Assembly (NCBI RefSeq): GCF_009914755.1
Contig: NC_060929.1
Source of the DNA: the human T2T-CHM13v2.0 reference genome, Homo sapiens
Strand: one strand, 5' to 3'
DNA: 64,000 nt
A program made the position numbers and the translations under genes. The stretch's first letter is position 1; each line of letters begins with the position of its first letter. The notes beneath the pieces are model-generated. The model was not told where the DNA came from. It did not search any database and saw only the letters and a program-made list of their open reading frames with translations. This document shows positions 27,168 to 40,143 of the stretch, piece by piece.

Positions 27168-28555
27168 GATATCTCTGTTTTCTTTTGACTGGTGGTTAGC
27201 AATACAAACAACAAATGTTAGTTGTTCAAGATAATTTGTCCTTGATATACTCTAGCTGAATGAATAATATTTACCATTTTAAACATTTGTTTATGATTTC
27301 TTCTCTCACTTTAGTCTTTAAAATATGGATCTTATATTCTAATTTTTTTATTCTTGACCATGTTCATATGCTTTACTTTTCATCTATATTTCAGACTCAG
27401 CCATTCAGTTATTGAAATAATTTCTACTAAATTAAAAAGTTTCTATTGCTTTCTATAAATATTGTATTAGTGGTACCACAAGCTCGCACACACACCCATA
27501 TACGCACACAACCATATATCATCATCATGATTATCATCGTGCTTGCTAAGTATTGGGTATAAACTGTTATCCTTTAAGAATATCACACCCATGTATTTCA
27601 GTACCAGGTGTCTTTCTTGAATACCTTTGATTGTTTGCTGCTTATTCAGATGTTTTCCCATGGTGGTAACATGGTGTGATTTTTACGTCCAAGTGATGTT
27701 TTTTTTTTATTAAGAATGTGAGTGTTTCTAGCCACAAATATCGTCTTAGCCAAAGCTGTTATAAAATATGAAAAAAAAATTAGAAAATACTTTGTCTTTG
27801 AATTTAAAATATAAAAGTTGATTTATACACTTTCTCCACTTGAAGAAATTTTGATGTAAAATACTAAATTTTTTTCAGACTTATCCAAAGAAAAATCAGA
27901 ATCATCCATTTGAATCAGACTGTTTGCTAGAAGCATTCACACACTATCAAAATGATGCGATGAGGTTTCATCTTTCTTGCTCAATTTACCAATTTTGTGA
28001 ACAGCATTTGCCTCATCTTCTAACAGAAGGCTGGAGCTGTTTGTTGCTTGTAGTTGTGGATTTGATAAGAATTAATCTTGTCCATTCGCATTCATTGTTT
28101 AATAAAAAATTAACTCTTCCTTTAATAACAAATATGAAGAGATTTTATTGTCCTGTTCATGTTTTATATCTGGTAAGAATAATTTTTTTAAATGTAATAT
28201 CCTGTTTGCTAATTTCAAGTGAGTCACACTCAGTGAAAGTCTGCTGAATTACTTGGTCTCAAGATTTTTTTAATTTAAGCAGAAATTTCTCTTTGAAGAT
28301 TTTTCTGTTTCCTTTTAAGCTTTTCATTTCTGAGCTCTGCTTCTATATTTTCTATTTCTACAAAAAAATTGGACTTACATTTATTCTCCATGATTAAAGT
28401 AATTCTTTAGTTAATAAAATATAAAATTTCAGATTAAAATATATAAGATGCTACTTGAAATATATAAATATATAATATTTGAATATATTCCCATCAAAAA
28501 TATAAATTAAATATATGAATATATAAGTACATCAACATAAAAATTTAAATAATAG

Positions 28556-28816
28556 GGCTGGGCGCAGTGGCTCATACTGATAATCCCAGCACTTTGAAAG
28601 GCCAAGGGAGGGGAATCACCTGAGGTCAGGAGTTCAAGACCAGCCTGGCCAACACGGTGAAACCCTATCTCTACCAAAAATACAAAAATTAGCAGGGCAC
28701 AGTAGCGGGTGGGAGGCTAAAGCAGGAGAATTGCTTGAACATGGGAGGCGGAGGTTGCAGTGAGCCGAGCACTCCAGCCTGGGCAACAAGAGCAAAACTC
28801 TGTCTCAAAAAAAAAA
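28556..28816 (+). mobile_element. AluS (Sq/Sp-like) with two internal deletions
   Basis: Dimeric Alu; GGCAACAAGAGCAAAACT; right arm lacks CCTGTAATCCCAGCTACT. Confidence 0.92.
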
Positions 28817-28855
28817 TTAAAATAGTATTAATAATTGATGATTTAAAAATATTTT

Positions 28856-29146
28856 GGCTGGGTGTGATGCCTCATGCCTATAATCCCAGCACTTTGGGAG
28901 GCCAAGGCGAGTAGATCACCTGAGGTCAGGAGTCCAAGACCAGCCTGGCCAACATGGCAGAGCTCTATCTCTACTAAAAAATACAAAAATTAACCAAGCT
29001 TGATAGCGGGTACCTGTAATCCCAGCTACTCGGGAGGCTGAGGCAGGGAGAATTGCTTAAACCTGGGAGGCGGAGGTTGCAGTGAGCCAAGATCATGCAA
29101 CTGCACTCCAGCCTGGGCAATAGTGAGGCTCTGTCTCAAAAAAAAA
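28856..29146 (+). mobile_element. AluS (Sx/Sq-like)
   Basis: Full dimer; flanking AAATATTTT repeat is a probable TSD. Confidence 0.93.
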
Positions 29147-29789
29147 TTTTTTTTCAAATATTTTCCTTAAAAAAAATTGTTTTTCTTCTAGGATAAACTA
29201 CTTTTTAAAAATTAAAGGTCAAATATAAATTGCACTAATAAGCTCAAACACTGTAAATCAAAGTTATGTTAAATGAAGCTATAGTTATGTAAATTAAATC
29301 TTATTAAACATTTTTGTAGAAATAACGCTGTTCACAATTCTCCTGTTGAAACTTTTTGAGCTGCCAGTGTGAAAAATCATTGTCATGCTTCAAACCATGG
29401 CAGGGCATCTGCAGGCCCAGCCAAGCACCTCAGCCACCCCCAGCTCCCCACACCACAGAGTCCCGTCCATCTCTGACAGCAGCGGGGCTGTGACTCGCAG
29501 CCTCTCCCAGCTTTCAGAGCAACATGAGATGAGGGGAACTTTATCTTGGAGCCCTAACGGTGTCAGCCATGAGGTAATGGGTTTATGGGTTATGGGCCAT
29601 GCTGTGCCAGTGCCAAGTGGCAGATCCTGAGCAAGAAAAGTACCCATATGTCCCTAAATAAATGTGTGTTCATCTGCGTTTGTTCAATGCCCTCATGCCT
29701 GACCCGGGGAGCCCAGCCTCAGTGTACTCCCAACAGAAGCACCTGCAGATGTGACAAGGAATCATGCAGAGTGACAGTCAGGGAGGCAT

Positions 29790-30305
29790 CATTGCAAGAG
29801 CTAAAGCCATGTCAACCATCTAGATGTTGTGCATCTATTCCACTAACAATAAAAAGACGAGCCAATTGTTCTGCATTCACGCGTGGAATACTAAACAGCA
29901 AAGAAAATTAGAGAACTGGGGCTACGTGCAAAAATGCAAGCGAGTGTCACACCCATGAGGCGAACAAAGAAGCCAGGCATCACATAAAACACTCATCAAT
30001 TCCATTTACGAAAATCTACTATCGGGTTTAGGGATGGTACCTACCAGGTATCACTTAAGAAAATCCAAGAAGGGGTTATCATAAGAGTCAGGATGTTTGT
30101 GGCTTGTAAGGAAGGAGAGTGGAGAGGGCAGTAATGGGGAGAAGGCACAAGGGAGGGCTTTCACGGCGCTGGAAATGTTCTCTTTCTGAATTTGATAAGC
30201 AGTTACAGGTTGTTTCATTGCTGTGTTTCACAGTATAATAGGTTACAGTTAACGTTTATGCTTGTGAAGTTTTCTGTATGTGTAGTATTAGACTTCAGAA
30301 AAATA
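29790..30305 (+). mobile_element. L1ME 3' end
   Basis: TGGAATACTAAACAGCA, GGAAATGTTCTCTTTCTG, TTTTCTGTATGTGTAGTA motifs. Confidence 0.7.
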
Positions 30306-30429
30306 TTGTTTAAGTGAATTGGTGTATGCAAAAAAGAAAGGAGGGAGAGCAACGTTAGACAATTTAATCATTCATTCAGCAAATATTTATTGGCACTATG
30401 GGTAAAGTTGCCCTGAAAACAATGGTCCA

Positions 30430-30735
30430 GGCCGGGCACAGTGGCTCACACCTGAAATCCCAACACTTTGGGAGGCCAACATAGGCAGATCACGAGGTCA
30501 GGAGATCAAGACCATCCTGGCTAACACAGTGAAATCATGTCTCTACTAAAAACACAAAAAATTAGCCAGGCCTGGTGGTGGGTGCTGTAATCCCAGCTAC
30601 TCAGGAGGCTGAGGCAGAGAATTGCTTGAACCCTGGAGGCAGAGGTTACTGTGAGCCAAGATTGTGTCACTGCACTCTAGCCTGGGTGACAGAGCAAGAC
30701 TCCATCTCAAAAAAAAGAAAGCAATAACAACAACA
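30430..30735 (+). mobile_element. AluSc-like
   Basis: GATCACGAGGTCAGGAGATCAAGACCATCCTGGCTAAC; TSD AACAATGGTC. Confidence 0.93.
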
Positions 30736-30836
30736 ATGGTCAGAAACAAGTTCAGTATCTAAGGCCCCTCTCTGTCCTACAAAGCCATCTCAGCCCAGAA
30801 GTTGTTCATCTTTAAATAGTCCCCTCACTTCCTCTC

Positions 30837-31317
30837 TGTGGGGGTCCGTCCCGCAGACCCAGCTGCACAACAGATGAATAATGTACTCAGACACTGATAT
30901 TCAGTGAAAGAGTGGGCTAGGGGGCCAGGCCGCTGACTGAAAGAGTTGTAGCAGCTGTGGCCCTGACTCGCTGGCCCTGCTGGCATTTATTTAGCACACA
31001 TTAAATGACAAAAGCTTTGAGTCAACACCACTAGAGTGTAATTAACCTGGTCGCCCTCCTCCTGAGAGAGCCACCCTGCCCACAAATGATCAAGGGTTAG
31101 TTTTAGGACCACATGAGTAAACAAATTATTTAGATAAACTCCCTTACATTCATTTGTATCTACTTTAAGCTATTTACTTAAGGTAAGAGGATTAGGCTGC
31201 TTTCAGCCAGATCTATTACTGAAGTTATGCAACCCCCACAGCCTTCTAAGAAGGTTTGTGTCTATTTCTTATAACTATCTTTAACATTTTTCCCACCAGC
31301 CTGCCTGAACTCCCACA
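30837..31317 (-). mobile_element. LTR22 (HERV-K HML-5) solo LTR
   Basis: Reverse LTR22 motifs GGGGGTCCGTCCCGCAGACCC, TTTTAGGACCACATGAGTAAAC, TTCAGCCAGATCTATTACTGAAG; TG...CA termini; TSD CCTCTC/CCTCTA. Confidence 0.85.
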
Positions 31318-33255
31318 CCTCTATGCTTGTGATCAGAAATACTGCAAAGAGTAAGAGATGTGAGTCCACACCTTGCAATCTGGATCCTGCTCTTCCCAAG
31401 AGCCGGTCAGAATCACGGCTCTCTTCTAACGATAACCCCGAAGAGAAAAGCTAGGGCTGGATCACAGTCATCCACCAGCATCCCTTATTAAATACTCTTC
31501 AAATTATTCTCATCTCACTTTTCGAGGGCAGGAGGAGCTTGGAGGTATGCAACTGCCCCCCCCCCAGAACTGACCTTGGTGCTGAACTTCTTAGAGGAAG
31601 AAGAGTGAATTCAGACTCACCAGATCTTCCAAATCTCCCTTTTTCTTAGAAATCTATCTGCTTTGAGTGGCTTTTCTACCATTTGAATTTTGAACTTATT
31701 ACTTTAGCAGGTGAACATGGGAAAGAAATTTAAAATGCAAATATAAGGAACTCTTTCTCATATTTCCAGTGGGACAAAACACCACACATTAATAAAGTTA
31801 TCCTTCTAAATCAAATTATGATGGATGGGTTATTTTCTTTCTAATGGACCAAACTTCTTGATAATCCCAAATAGATACCAAGAGCCAGGCTCACATGAAT
31901 GTTTACTCTATAATCCCCATGATCCTATTACATTCAGGAGACAGAAAGGCTGGTTGGTACCTAACTCAATACACAGGATGTGTGTAGCTGGAATTTATGA
32001 ACCAGCATCCCGGCAGAGGTGATCAGTCTGGCCGCTGTCAGAGAAGCAGACGTGATGAATTCAAATATTTTAGAATGCCACAGGCTGGCAAGCCACATAC
32101 ATCCTGCTGAGCGAGCTCAGAGGTGAACAACTACCTTCTGATTCTCACAGTGAAACATCACGTACAGTACTTCAGCTCAGAAAACTCCAAATAACTAGAA
32201 AACTTACTATAAACAAATTGTACTGAAATCTTAGTAGACTGTGGTATTAGTGATTTTTTTCTTGTAATTCTCAGTATCTTTCTTGATTTCTCTATATCTT
32301 TTTACTGCATTTGGAGAACACTTTCAAAGTCCCCTTGTAGCTAATTTAATACCTATGAATTCCCCATGGGTGTTGTAGAAAGACTGTGCAGCTTAGGAGA
32401 TTAACTACTTTATATTTTATTACAAAGGTATGGGCTCAAAATATATAAAGGCCTTATTATCTGAAGAATACTTTCCCTGTCTAAAACCAGAACATATAAT
32501 GGGTTATTTTAGAAGAGAAAATTATTATGTTAAAGCATGTCACCACCAATAAAATAACATGTTTAAATGTAATTCAAAGACTAAAGAGTCAAGAAAATTA
32601 AAAGAAAGTTCTAATTTCAATACAATATCACACAGTATTTATAGAAAACCCCTTTTAACTGAATGACTATTCACATAATCTTGGATTTCTTTCATTACTG
32701 CTCACTAATATTATCCCAATTAGAAGTGCTGTTCTAGCTCTCTTGTATTAGTTAAAACCACTTCTCAGAGGAACTCAAAGTAAATAAGTTTAATTAAAAC
32801 TAATCTTTCCAATTCCCACTGTGGTAAAAAGGAAGTAGGTATTATGTCTCATTGACATGCAGGAAGGTTCATCCACGAAGGAGCCCCAGGTGAAGACTCT
32901 GGTGTTAGTAGGGTGCTGGCTCACAGCATACCAGAGTGTCAAGGTGCCCCCTGGGCTCCCAGTGCTTACCAGTCCTGGGTCAGGGCCCCTCAGTTACATG
33001 TTCGCACTTCCTGTCAAACAAGCCTTAACCCCAGTAGTGACTTTCAGATCAACAGGCAGATGAGGGGAGGCTATTGGGCAGGGGTCTCTCAGAACCTCAC
33101 ACGTCCTTAACCAGAGCCCTGAGCACTTGAACCTACTCAATAATATTCAAGGCAAGTCCAGAGGAGGGAAGGGAAGGGAAAAAGATGGAAGAAGGAGAGA
33201 AAGAAGAAGAGGAGGGGAAGGAGGAAAAGAAAAAGGAGACGGGAAGGGAATGGGA

Positions 33256-33629
33256 TGTCTTAGTCCCTTTGGGCTGCTGTAACAAAATATCACAGACTGT
33301 GGGGCCACAAGCTACAGAAATGTATTGCTCGCAGTTCTGGAGGATGAGAGTTCAAGATCCAGATTCTGGAAGATTCTATTTCTGGCAAGGGCCTGTTTCC
33401 TAATAAACAGCTGTCTTCTCACTGATTCCTCACATGGTGGACAAAAGGGGTGAGGAAGTTCTCTGGGGTGTCTATTATAAGGGCACTAATCCCATTCATG
33501 AGAGGCCCACCTTCATGACCTCATCAGCTCCCAAAGCCCCATCTCCCAGCACCATAAACTTGGGGGTGAGGATTTCAATGTATAAATTCTGGAAGTGAAG
33601 GAGGGGATGTAAACAGTCAGATCACAGCA
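33256..33629 (-). mobile_element. MLT1A/MSTD-type MaLR LTR
   Basis: TGTCTTAGTCC...GGCTGCTGTAACAAAATA...AAGGGCACTAATCCCATTCATGA...CAGATCACAGCA. Confidence 0.87.
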
Positions 33630-33934
33630 GGAGGAGAGATGGTGAGGAGGGAGGGGAGGAGCGGAATAGAGAAGGAAGAGGAGGGGGAGGGGAGAAGCCG
33701 TCATTCCATTACCCCTATTTCCAGTAGAGTTCCAAAAGTCCAATCCCAGAAAACCGTTTGCTTAATGGACAATGTGTCTTGTCTCAAAGGAAATAGAGAA
33801 ATTGTCAATATCTGAGCTTTTTGTTTCTTCAAATTATCATTTACTTAGGTGATAAATTAATTTTTAAAAACCAGGAATATTTAGGGCTTTTAAAGAGAAA
33901 TGTGGTTACTCTTGGTATCATATATCAGCTCTTT

Positions 33935-34490
33935 TAAAAATTATTTTTATGATATACCATACCTAAAGAATGCATAAAACAAAAACCCACAGCTGTAACC
34001 AATGTAACCATCATCTGGGTCAAGAAATTGCCAGCACCTCAAGAGGGCCCCCTCATAGCTTATATAAGGTTAAATATTCCAAAGAAAAAACCCTCACATC
34101 ATCTTCCTCATTGACATAGCATTTCCATGTGAAATTTAGAATCAGTTTGTCAAGTCAAACACACCCTGTTGGATTTTGATAGGGATTTCAGTAACCCGTA
34201 GATCAATTTTAAAGAGTTGACATCTTTACAGTATTGAATCTTTCCATCCATAAATATAATAGACCCTTTCATTTGTTGAGTTTTCAAATTTTTCTCATTA
34301 ATAGTATTCTTCATGAGGTATTACATATATTTTATGTTATTTGTCTTACAATTTTGATGTTTTTCATAGTTTTAAATACTTTTTGAATTTTATTTCTAAA
34401 ATGTATGTTGCTTCCATGTAGAATTTTTATTTTATGCATTAATTTAGCAGCAAAACTATACTCATTATTAATTCCACCAATTTATTTACT
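33935..34490 (-). mobile_element. Old L1M/L1ME fragments
   Basis: Reverse ORF2 motifs TTTAGAATCAGTTTGTCAAG and GTTGACATCTTTACAGTATTGAATCTT. Confidence 0.75.
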
Positions 34491-37308
34491 GGCATTTCTT
34501 ATGCCTCTGGCTCCCCAGGGCATTGGCGTGCTCATTACTGGTGGAGGTGCCAGGGGGAGAAGCTGCAGAGGAGCAGAGTCCCCTGTCAACCTTCACCTGA
34601 GAGTGCCCGTGAGCCCCAGTGTCCAAGGCAGGTGTTCACTCTGTGCTTCTCACCCGAAGAAACTCTAATCTCCAGCCAGTCTTCTGACTCATGTGTGTGT
34701 AGGTGTGTCCCTGGTGTGGCTAGACATTACTTGCTCATAAGATTACAGGGATCTGGACTTAATTAGCAGATATTGCTGAGGGCTCAAGTATTTAATCAAC
34801 CTCTAGATATTTTATCCACTGTAACGTGAATGAAGCAAGCAATTATACACGTTGCTTCACAAAGAATGCTTTGGGGAGAGGGGGGTGTGCGCTCTCCATG
34901 CAGTTCTGGAGAGGAAGACCTGGGCCACTGAGTAGCAGCCAGCCACAAACTGGTGCAGAACTCAGAGAGAGAGATGAGCCATGAAGAGAGAGAGTCAGAG
35001 CCAGGAGCTAGAGGGGTTCCTGCACCAACCCCTGGCCACCCCCTCCCCTCGGCCCACCCAGCACAGGCTACCAGCACCATGCCTTAAACACACGCCTGCT
35101 CATGTGAGCCACCAGTTCTGTCCCCATAAAGGTACCCCTTATCTCAAAGATACAGGGTGAGGATCACACAGCTCCCCTCCACAAGACCCTATGGTTTATT
35201 AGGAGATGGGGGGCTAGGCAGGCAGTTTCTCACGCTGTAGAACCTCCTTTCCCCAAATCGTGTTTTGTCCCATCAGGGGCCAGGCTCTCCCATATTGGAC
35301 ATTGCTTCCTGAGGTGCCTCCTTAACCACCCCACCTTGACCGCTGGCCTGTCTTGCCTGACCTGGGTCAGCTCTCATGTCACTGCTCCAGTGCAGCATGA
35401 AACCACCAGCCCTGGCTCTAACCTCAGTTCCATACTTCTTCTGAGTTCAGGGGTCCCAACTACACCTTCCAGCAAATTCTTCTTCTTTTTCAACCTAGGC
35501 TTCTAGTACCCCCTTGCACACTGCTTCTGCAGAGGCAGCTTTCAGGCCCTAAATTTTCCCCAGACTCCATGAGCTGGGACTGAGAGGAGGAAAGTTGAAG
35601 CCAGCAAGTTAAGAAGACAGAATAGAGAGAAAAAATCGCTGGCTTTAAGTGGAGACTCCTTGCTGCCCCTTCACTGCACCTTCTGCATTTCTGCAACATA
35701 AGCTGACTAGCTCTCACCTTGAGCTCATGCCAGCTTAAATCTTCAAGCTGCATTTACTGTAAATGCACAGCCGCGGTGGATTTCACGCAGAGTGCAATTT
35801 CACTATAACTCTATCTACTGTGTTGCAGAATTGTGAATTACTCAGCTTCCCTAATTAAAGAAATTTCCCCTATAAAGCCTTTATTTATATCTTTTCTAGA
35901 GTCCTCTGGCATTAACCCAGAAGACAGTGTTAGAATCCAATTTATCAATGTCAAAATATTAGAGTAATAATGAGGTTTGGAAACCTCTGTTGACCCAAAA
36001 GTAGACTCCTTCACAGTCAGAAGTGTAATGATTTTTCCTGGATGTGCTTCTGCCGGTGGAGGCGGTGGTTCCCATGTGTTAAAATGAAGTGCTTCTCATG
36101 CTTCCACCTGAAGCGCACCCCTTGGCACACAGAGTTTGTGCTTAGGAAAGTTGAAATCATCCAAACAGATCAATGGGGCTCAGCGCCAACATCCTGAATT
36201 CTCTCTGCTCCCTCAGAAGCAAACCCAATCACCAACAATAATGCTGACATGTGAGCCTCAGGATTAAATTGCAGGAACACTTCCGGGCAGCCTTTCTAGC
36301 AGTTGCTTGCATGCATGGAAGTCCATCCTCTGAGGCTGGCTTTAGTCTGGCTTCTCAGCCAGCACACACTTAAATCTTTCGATTTTCTCAACTGTATCTT
36401 GAGAAAGCTTTTTAGAATGGGTTTCTTTTTTACCATTACTTTTTATTCATTAAGTGTGACCAAAACCGTATGACGATAATTAGAAAATAGTGATAATGCA
36501 GTGCTGATAATCAAATAAAACATTTAAGGGAAAGGTGTTTCCAGAGTATTCTTGAAAAGACTGCTGCCTTTTTGAGATGAAAGAGATTTGGTGCCACACA
36601 TTGAAAGCAAAAGTTGAATAGAATTATATTGCTAAAAGGGAAAGTGTGCTTTAAAAGAAGGCAGTCCAGTCTGTTCACTGCAGCTTTCAAACCAATTGTA
36701 GTTCAGTAGAACTTTTAATATTTGAATAGCTTATGCCAGACTCAGTTTTAGAAAGGGAAGAGTGTTTAGGGAAACACTTTAATGAGCTACTTAGAAGAAA
36801 AGGAAGGCTTTGAGAACATAAATTATCAGCAGATGCAGCACATATGAAAAGAAATTGGGGGTTGGTTTGAGAGAATAAGAGGAAGAAAGAAGGAGCTAAC
36901 ATGGCAGAAGTATGAGAAACAGATTGAAGAAATGGAGAGGGGCTGCTGTGAACAGAACTATCTAAAACTAAGTTTGCATAGCTACAATACTAACTCTACC
37001 ATGTCTCTGAAAGTTCTGTAAAGTCTTCTACATATTTAAACTCTTAGGTGAGTGATGAATTTCATGTCAGGATCAAAGCCATGCAGATAGAGGATCATAC
37101 TTGCTCACTGGAAAGATAATTGCTACAGCAGACTAAGTCAGTAGAAGCAGGATCCTGTTGGCCCAAAGGCAACCTTTAGGATGTATGCAGCTGGAGAATT
37201 TATTAAAATTTTGGTGAAAGCACTGTTATTCCATGGGGGTGAAATAAGAACTTAAACTCAATCCAGGTTTTTAGGGGGAAAAGTCATCCTAACAGATACA
37301 TGGGTGAA

Positions 37309-37822
37309 ATGATGATGATTGTGACAATGATGCTCATGATTTTTAACAACAGTGATGATGATGGTGATGGTAATGACGGCGATGATGATGGTGAGATTTA
37401 AGATGATGATTATGATGGTAATAGTGATGATGATGATAATGATCGTGATAATGGAGATTATGGTGATGATGGTGATGGTGATAATGGAGATGATGATCAT
37501 GGTGATAATGGAGATGGTGATGATGACGGTAATGATGGTGATTATGACATTGATAATGGAGGTGATGGCGATGGTAATGATGATGATGGAGATGATAACA
37601 ATGATGATAATAGAGGTGGTGGTGATGGTAATGATGGTGAGAATGAAGATTATGGTGATGGTGATGATGATGATGGAGATGATGACAATGGAGATGATGG
37701 TGATGATGGTGATGACAGTGGTAGTGATGATGATGACAATGATAGTGATGATGATGGTGATGATAATAATAATGAAATAGTGGTGGTGGTGGTGGTGGTG
37801 GTGGTGAACATGATAATGATTA
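37309..37822 (+). repeat. Imperfect (ATG/GTG)n trinucleotide tract, ~510 bp
   Basis: In-phase ATG/GTG/ATA/GAG triplets ending in a pure (GTG)n run. Confidence 0.97.
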
Positions 37823-37947
37823 TAGCTAACATCTTTAAGTGCTTACTATATTCTACATCCATGATACCTTAATTGAGTTATTGAATTGAATCCTTACAAT
37901 GTATGAGGTTAGCCTATTGCTATTGCCATTTTGTAGGTGAGAATAAC
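37822..37947 (-). mobile_element. MIR fragment
   Basis: ATAGCTAACATCTTTAAGTGCTTACTAT...AATCCTTACAA...CCATTTTGTAGGTGAGAA. Confidence 0.75.
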
Positions 37948-38455
37948 AATAGACCTTGTCACCTAGTACCTAGAAAGCTTCTCTGTAAAACCCAGATTGT
38001 CCCTGAGTGTGGAGAATTGGAAGTCATCCACAAACAATGAAAGGTCAGTTCACAGTGGGAACATGGCCTTGGAAGTCGAATAGTCAATCCTGGGCATCTG
38101 ATGCAAGGCCAATTGCTTGCAGACAGGGATTAGAACAGAAAACACTACTAGTGTTAAGTCAGTAATTACATGTAAGAACTGTGTAAGTACACATAGACGA
38201 AGCAAAGAAGAGGCAGAAAGAGAGAAAATGGCATAAATGGAGAGGGAGAGGTGACAAGCGGAGAGGTGTCCTGGAGCTGTTTATTCCTAAACAGGAGTAA
38301 CAGGATGAAAGACCAAAGATAGCCACTGCACATCTACCTGAGTCTCTGCCCTACCCACATCTGCTCCTCATCCTTCTACCTCCCACTTTTCAATCTGTGG
38401 AGGGATCTGCCTGCAACTTTCAATAATCTAGTCCACCAATAAGGTGCCAACCACA

Positions 38456-38606
38456 GCAGAGTTGCCAGGCAAATGCAAGATGCCTAGTTACATCTGGATT
38501 CCAGATAAACAAAAAATAACTTTAATAAACACATCTTACACAATTTTGGGAAAAGTTCAAATGTAATTGGGAATCCTATATTTTTATTTGTTAAATCTGG
38601 CAATGA
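38456..38606. mobile_element. MER53 (hAT-Blackjack MITE), internally deleted
   Basis: TIR-like GTTGCCAG...CTGGCAA; CAGATAAACAA and TTTTTATTTGTTAAATCTGGCAA. Confidence 0.8.
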
Positions 38607-38859
38607 TGCCCCTTACCAAGACCATATTCTTTCTATTGTCCCACCTCCTTCTCCTGTTCATTAATCTGAGGGAGGGAAGATAAAAGCAAATTCATTGAAT
38701 ATTTCCACAAACTCAGATTCTCAATCATGAGGACTGGAGGAGAAAGACTGGGTCTTGGATGATGAGACCACCTCTAGCTGCCTGTGAGCAGTTCTATGGT
38801 GAAGGGTAGCACATGTGCATGGGGCCTGGAGGAGGGATGACCTGACCTTAGATAACCGT

Positions 38860-39412
38860 CTTTCATTCATTCATTCATTCATTCATTCATACTTCAACAG
38901 ACAGCTATGAAGTACTGTTGACCCTTGAACAACGTGGATTTGAACCCTGTGGATCCACATCTATGTGAATTTTCTTCTGACTCTGCCATCCCTGGGATAG
39001 CAATACTAAGCCCTCCTTTTCTACCTCCTCTTTAGCTCACTCAACATGAAGATAATAAGGACGATGACCCTTTGATGACCCACTTCCACTTAATGAATGG
39101 TAAATATTTTTCTTTCTTACGATTTTTTATTAGCAATTTATTTTCTTTAGCTTGCCTTATTGTAAAAATACAGCGTATAACACATATAGTATACAGAATA
39201 TGTGTTATCTTCTGTTTAAATTATCAGTAAGGTTCCTGGTCAACAGAGGCTATCGGTACTTAAGTTTTGGGGGAATCAAAAGTTATACTCAAATTTTCTA
39301 CTGCAAGGTAGGTCTGAGTCCCTAACCTCTGCACTGTTCACAGGTCAACTGTGCTCCCTTTGTGCCAGACAGGGGATATGCTGAAAGTAACAACAAAGAA
39401 AGTCAATGACTT
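38860..39412 (-). mobile_element. L2 3' end split by Tigger2a
   Basis: (TTCA)n tail...TTCAACAGACAGCTATGAAGTA | CTTTGTGCCAGACAGGGGATATG continuation. Confidence 0.6.
38915..39351. mobile_element. Tigger2a (MER28) TcMar DNA transposon
   Basis: TIRs CTGTTGACCCTTGAACA...TGTTCACAGGTCAACTG; TA target on the left; CCACTTCCACTTAATGAAT internal motif. Confidence 0.9.
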
Positions 39413-39429
39413 CGTTAGGATGCCATGGA

Positions 39430-40143
39430 GTGTTGAAGTCTTGACTCCAAGGACTTCAGAATGTGATCTTATTTGGAAAGAAGGTCCCAACAGAGATAAT
39501 CAAGGTAAAATCAGGCCTAATGGCCTCAGGGTTTGGGCCCTAACCAATATGTCTGGTGTCCTTAAAACAAGGGGAAACGTGGGCACCATCATACACAGAG
39601 AGAAGATGATGTGACAATGCAGAGAGAAGACGGCCATGTGAAGATGGAGGATTAGAGTGCACAGTGTGGAAACAAGCCAAGGGACCTCTGTGGCCAACAG
39701 AAACTGGGAGAGGGCCAGGCGTGGTGGCTGATGCCTGTAATCCTAGCACTTTGGGAGGCCGAGGCAGGCAGATGATTTGAGGTCAGGAGTTTGAGACAAG
39801 CCTGGCCAACCTGGTGAAACCCCACCTCTACTAAAAATACAAAAATTAGCCAGGCGTGGTGTTGGGCGCCTGTAGTCACAGCTACTCAGGAGGCTAAGGC
39901 AGGAGAATCACTTGAACCCAGGAGGCGGAGGCTGCAGTGAGTCGAGATCATGCCATTGCACTCCAGCCTGGGCAACAGAGAGAGGCACAGGACAGATCCT
40001 CCCTAGAGTCTTAAGGGAGCCTTAGGGAGAGAGATGGGACAGATCCTCCCCTGAGGGCACCTTCATCTTGGACTTCTGGCCTCCAGAACTGTAGGACCCA
40101 CCTAATCTATGTTTTGTCACAGTAGCCCTAGGAAATGAATACA
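39430..40143 (+). mobile_element. MLT1C-type MaLR LTR split by an Alu
   Basis: CTTCAGAATGTGATCTTATTTGGAAA...GGCCATGTGAAGATGGAGG...GACTTCTGGCCTCCAGAACTGT...CCTAGGAAATGAATACA. Confidence 0.85.
39713..39982 (+). mobile_element. AluS lacking its 3' terminus and poly(A) tail
   Basis: Dimer ends at GGGCAACAGAG and joins directly to MLT1 AGAGGCACAGG. Confidence 0.92.

Larger units (their letters stand above)
26061..28400 (-). mobile_element. Fossil hAT (Tip100/Zaphod-like) DNA transposon with transposase remnants
   Basis: Minus-strand peptides HLNKQQTI...QE (~27650), KSIEARIL and KSNEESIFLYATI (~26520-26430), AIEKRFE*VEPYSANFGFPYN (~26150-26085) occur in hAT-Tip100 transposase order; interrupted by L1MA and AluY; ends not identified. 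Confidence 0.65.

Noticed and set aside
37352-37780. 142-aa Met/Val-rich ORF and antisense Ile/Thr-rich ORFs
   Set aside because: Translation of the (ATG)n simple repeat; no gene context.
38456-38606. MER53 palindrome as a miR-1302-type hairpin
   Set aside because: One arm is largely deleted and diverged, so a long stem is unlikely.
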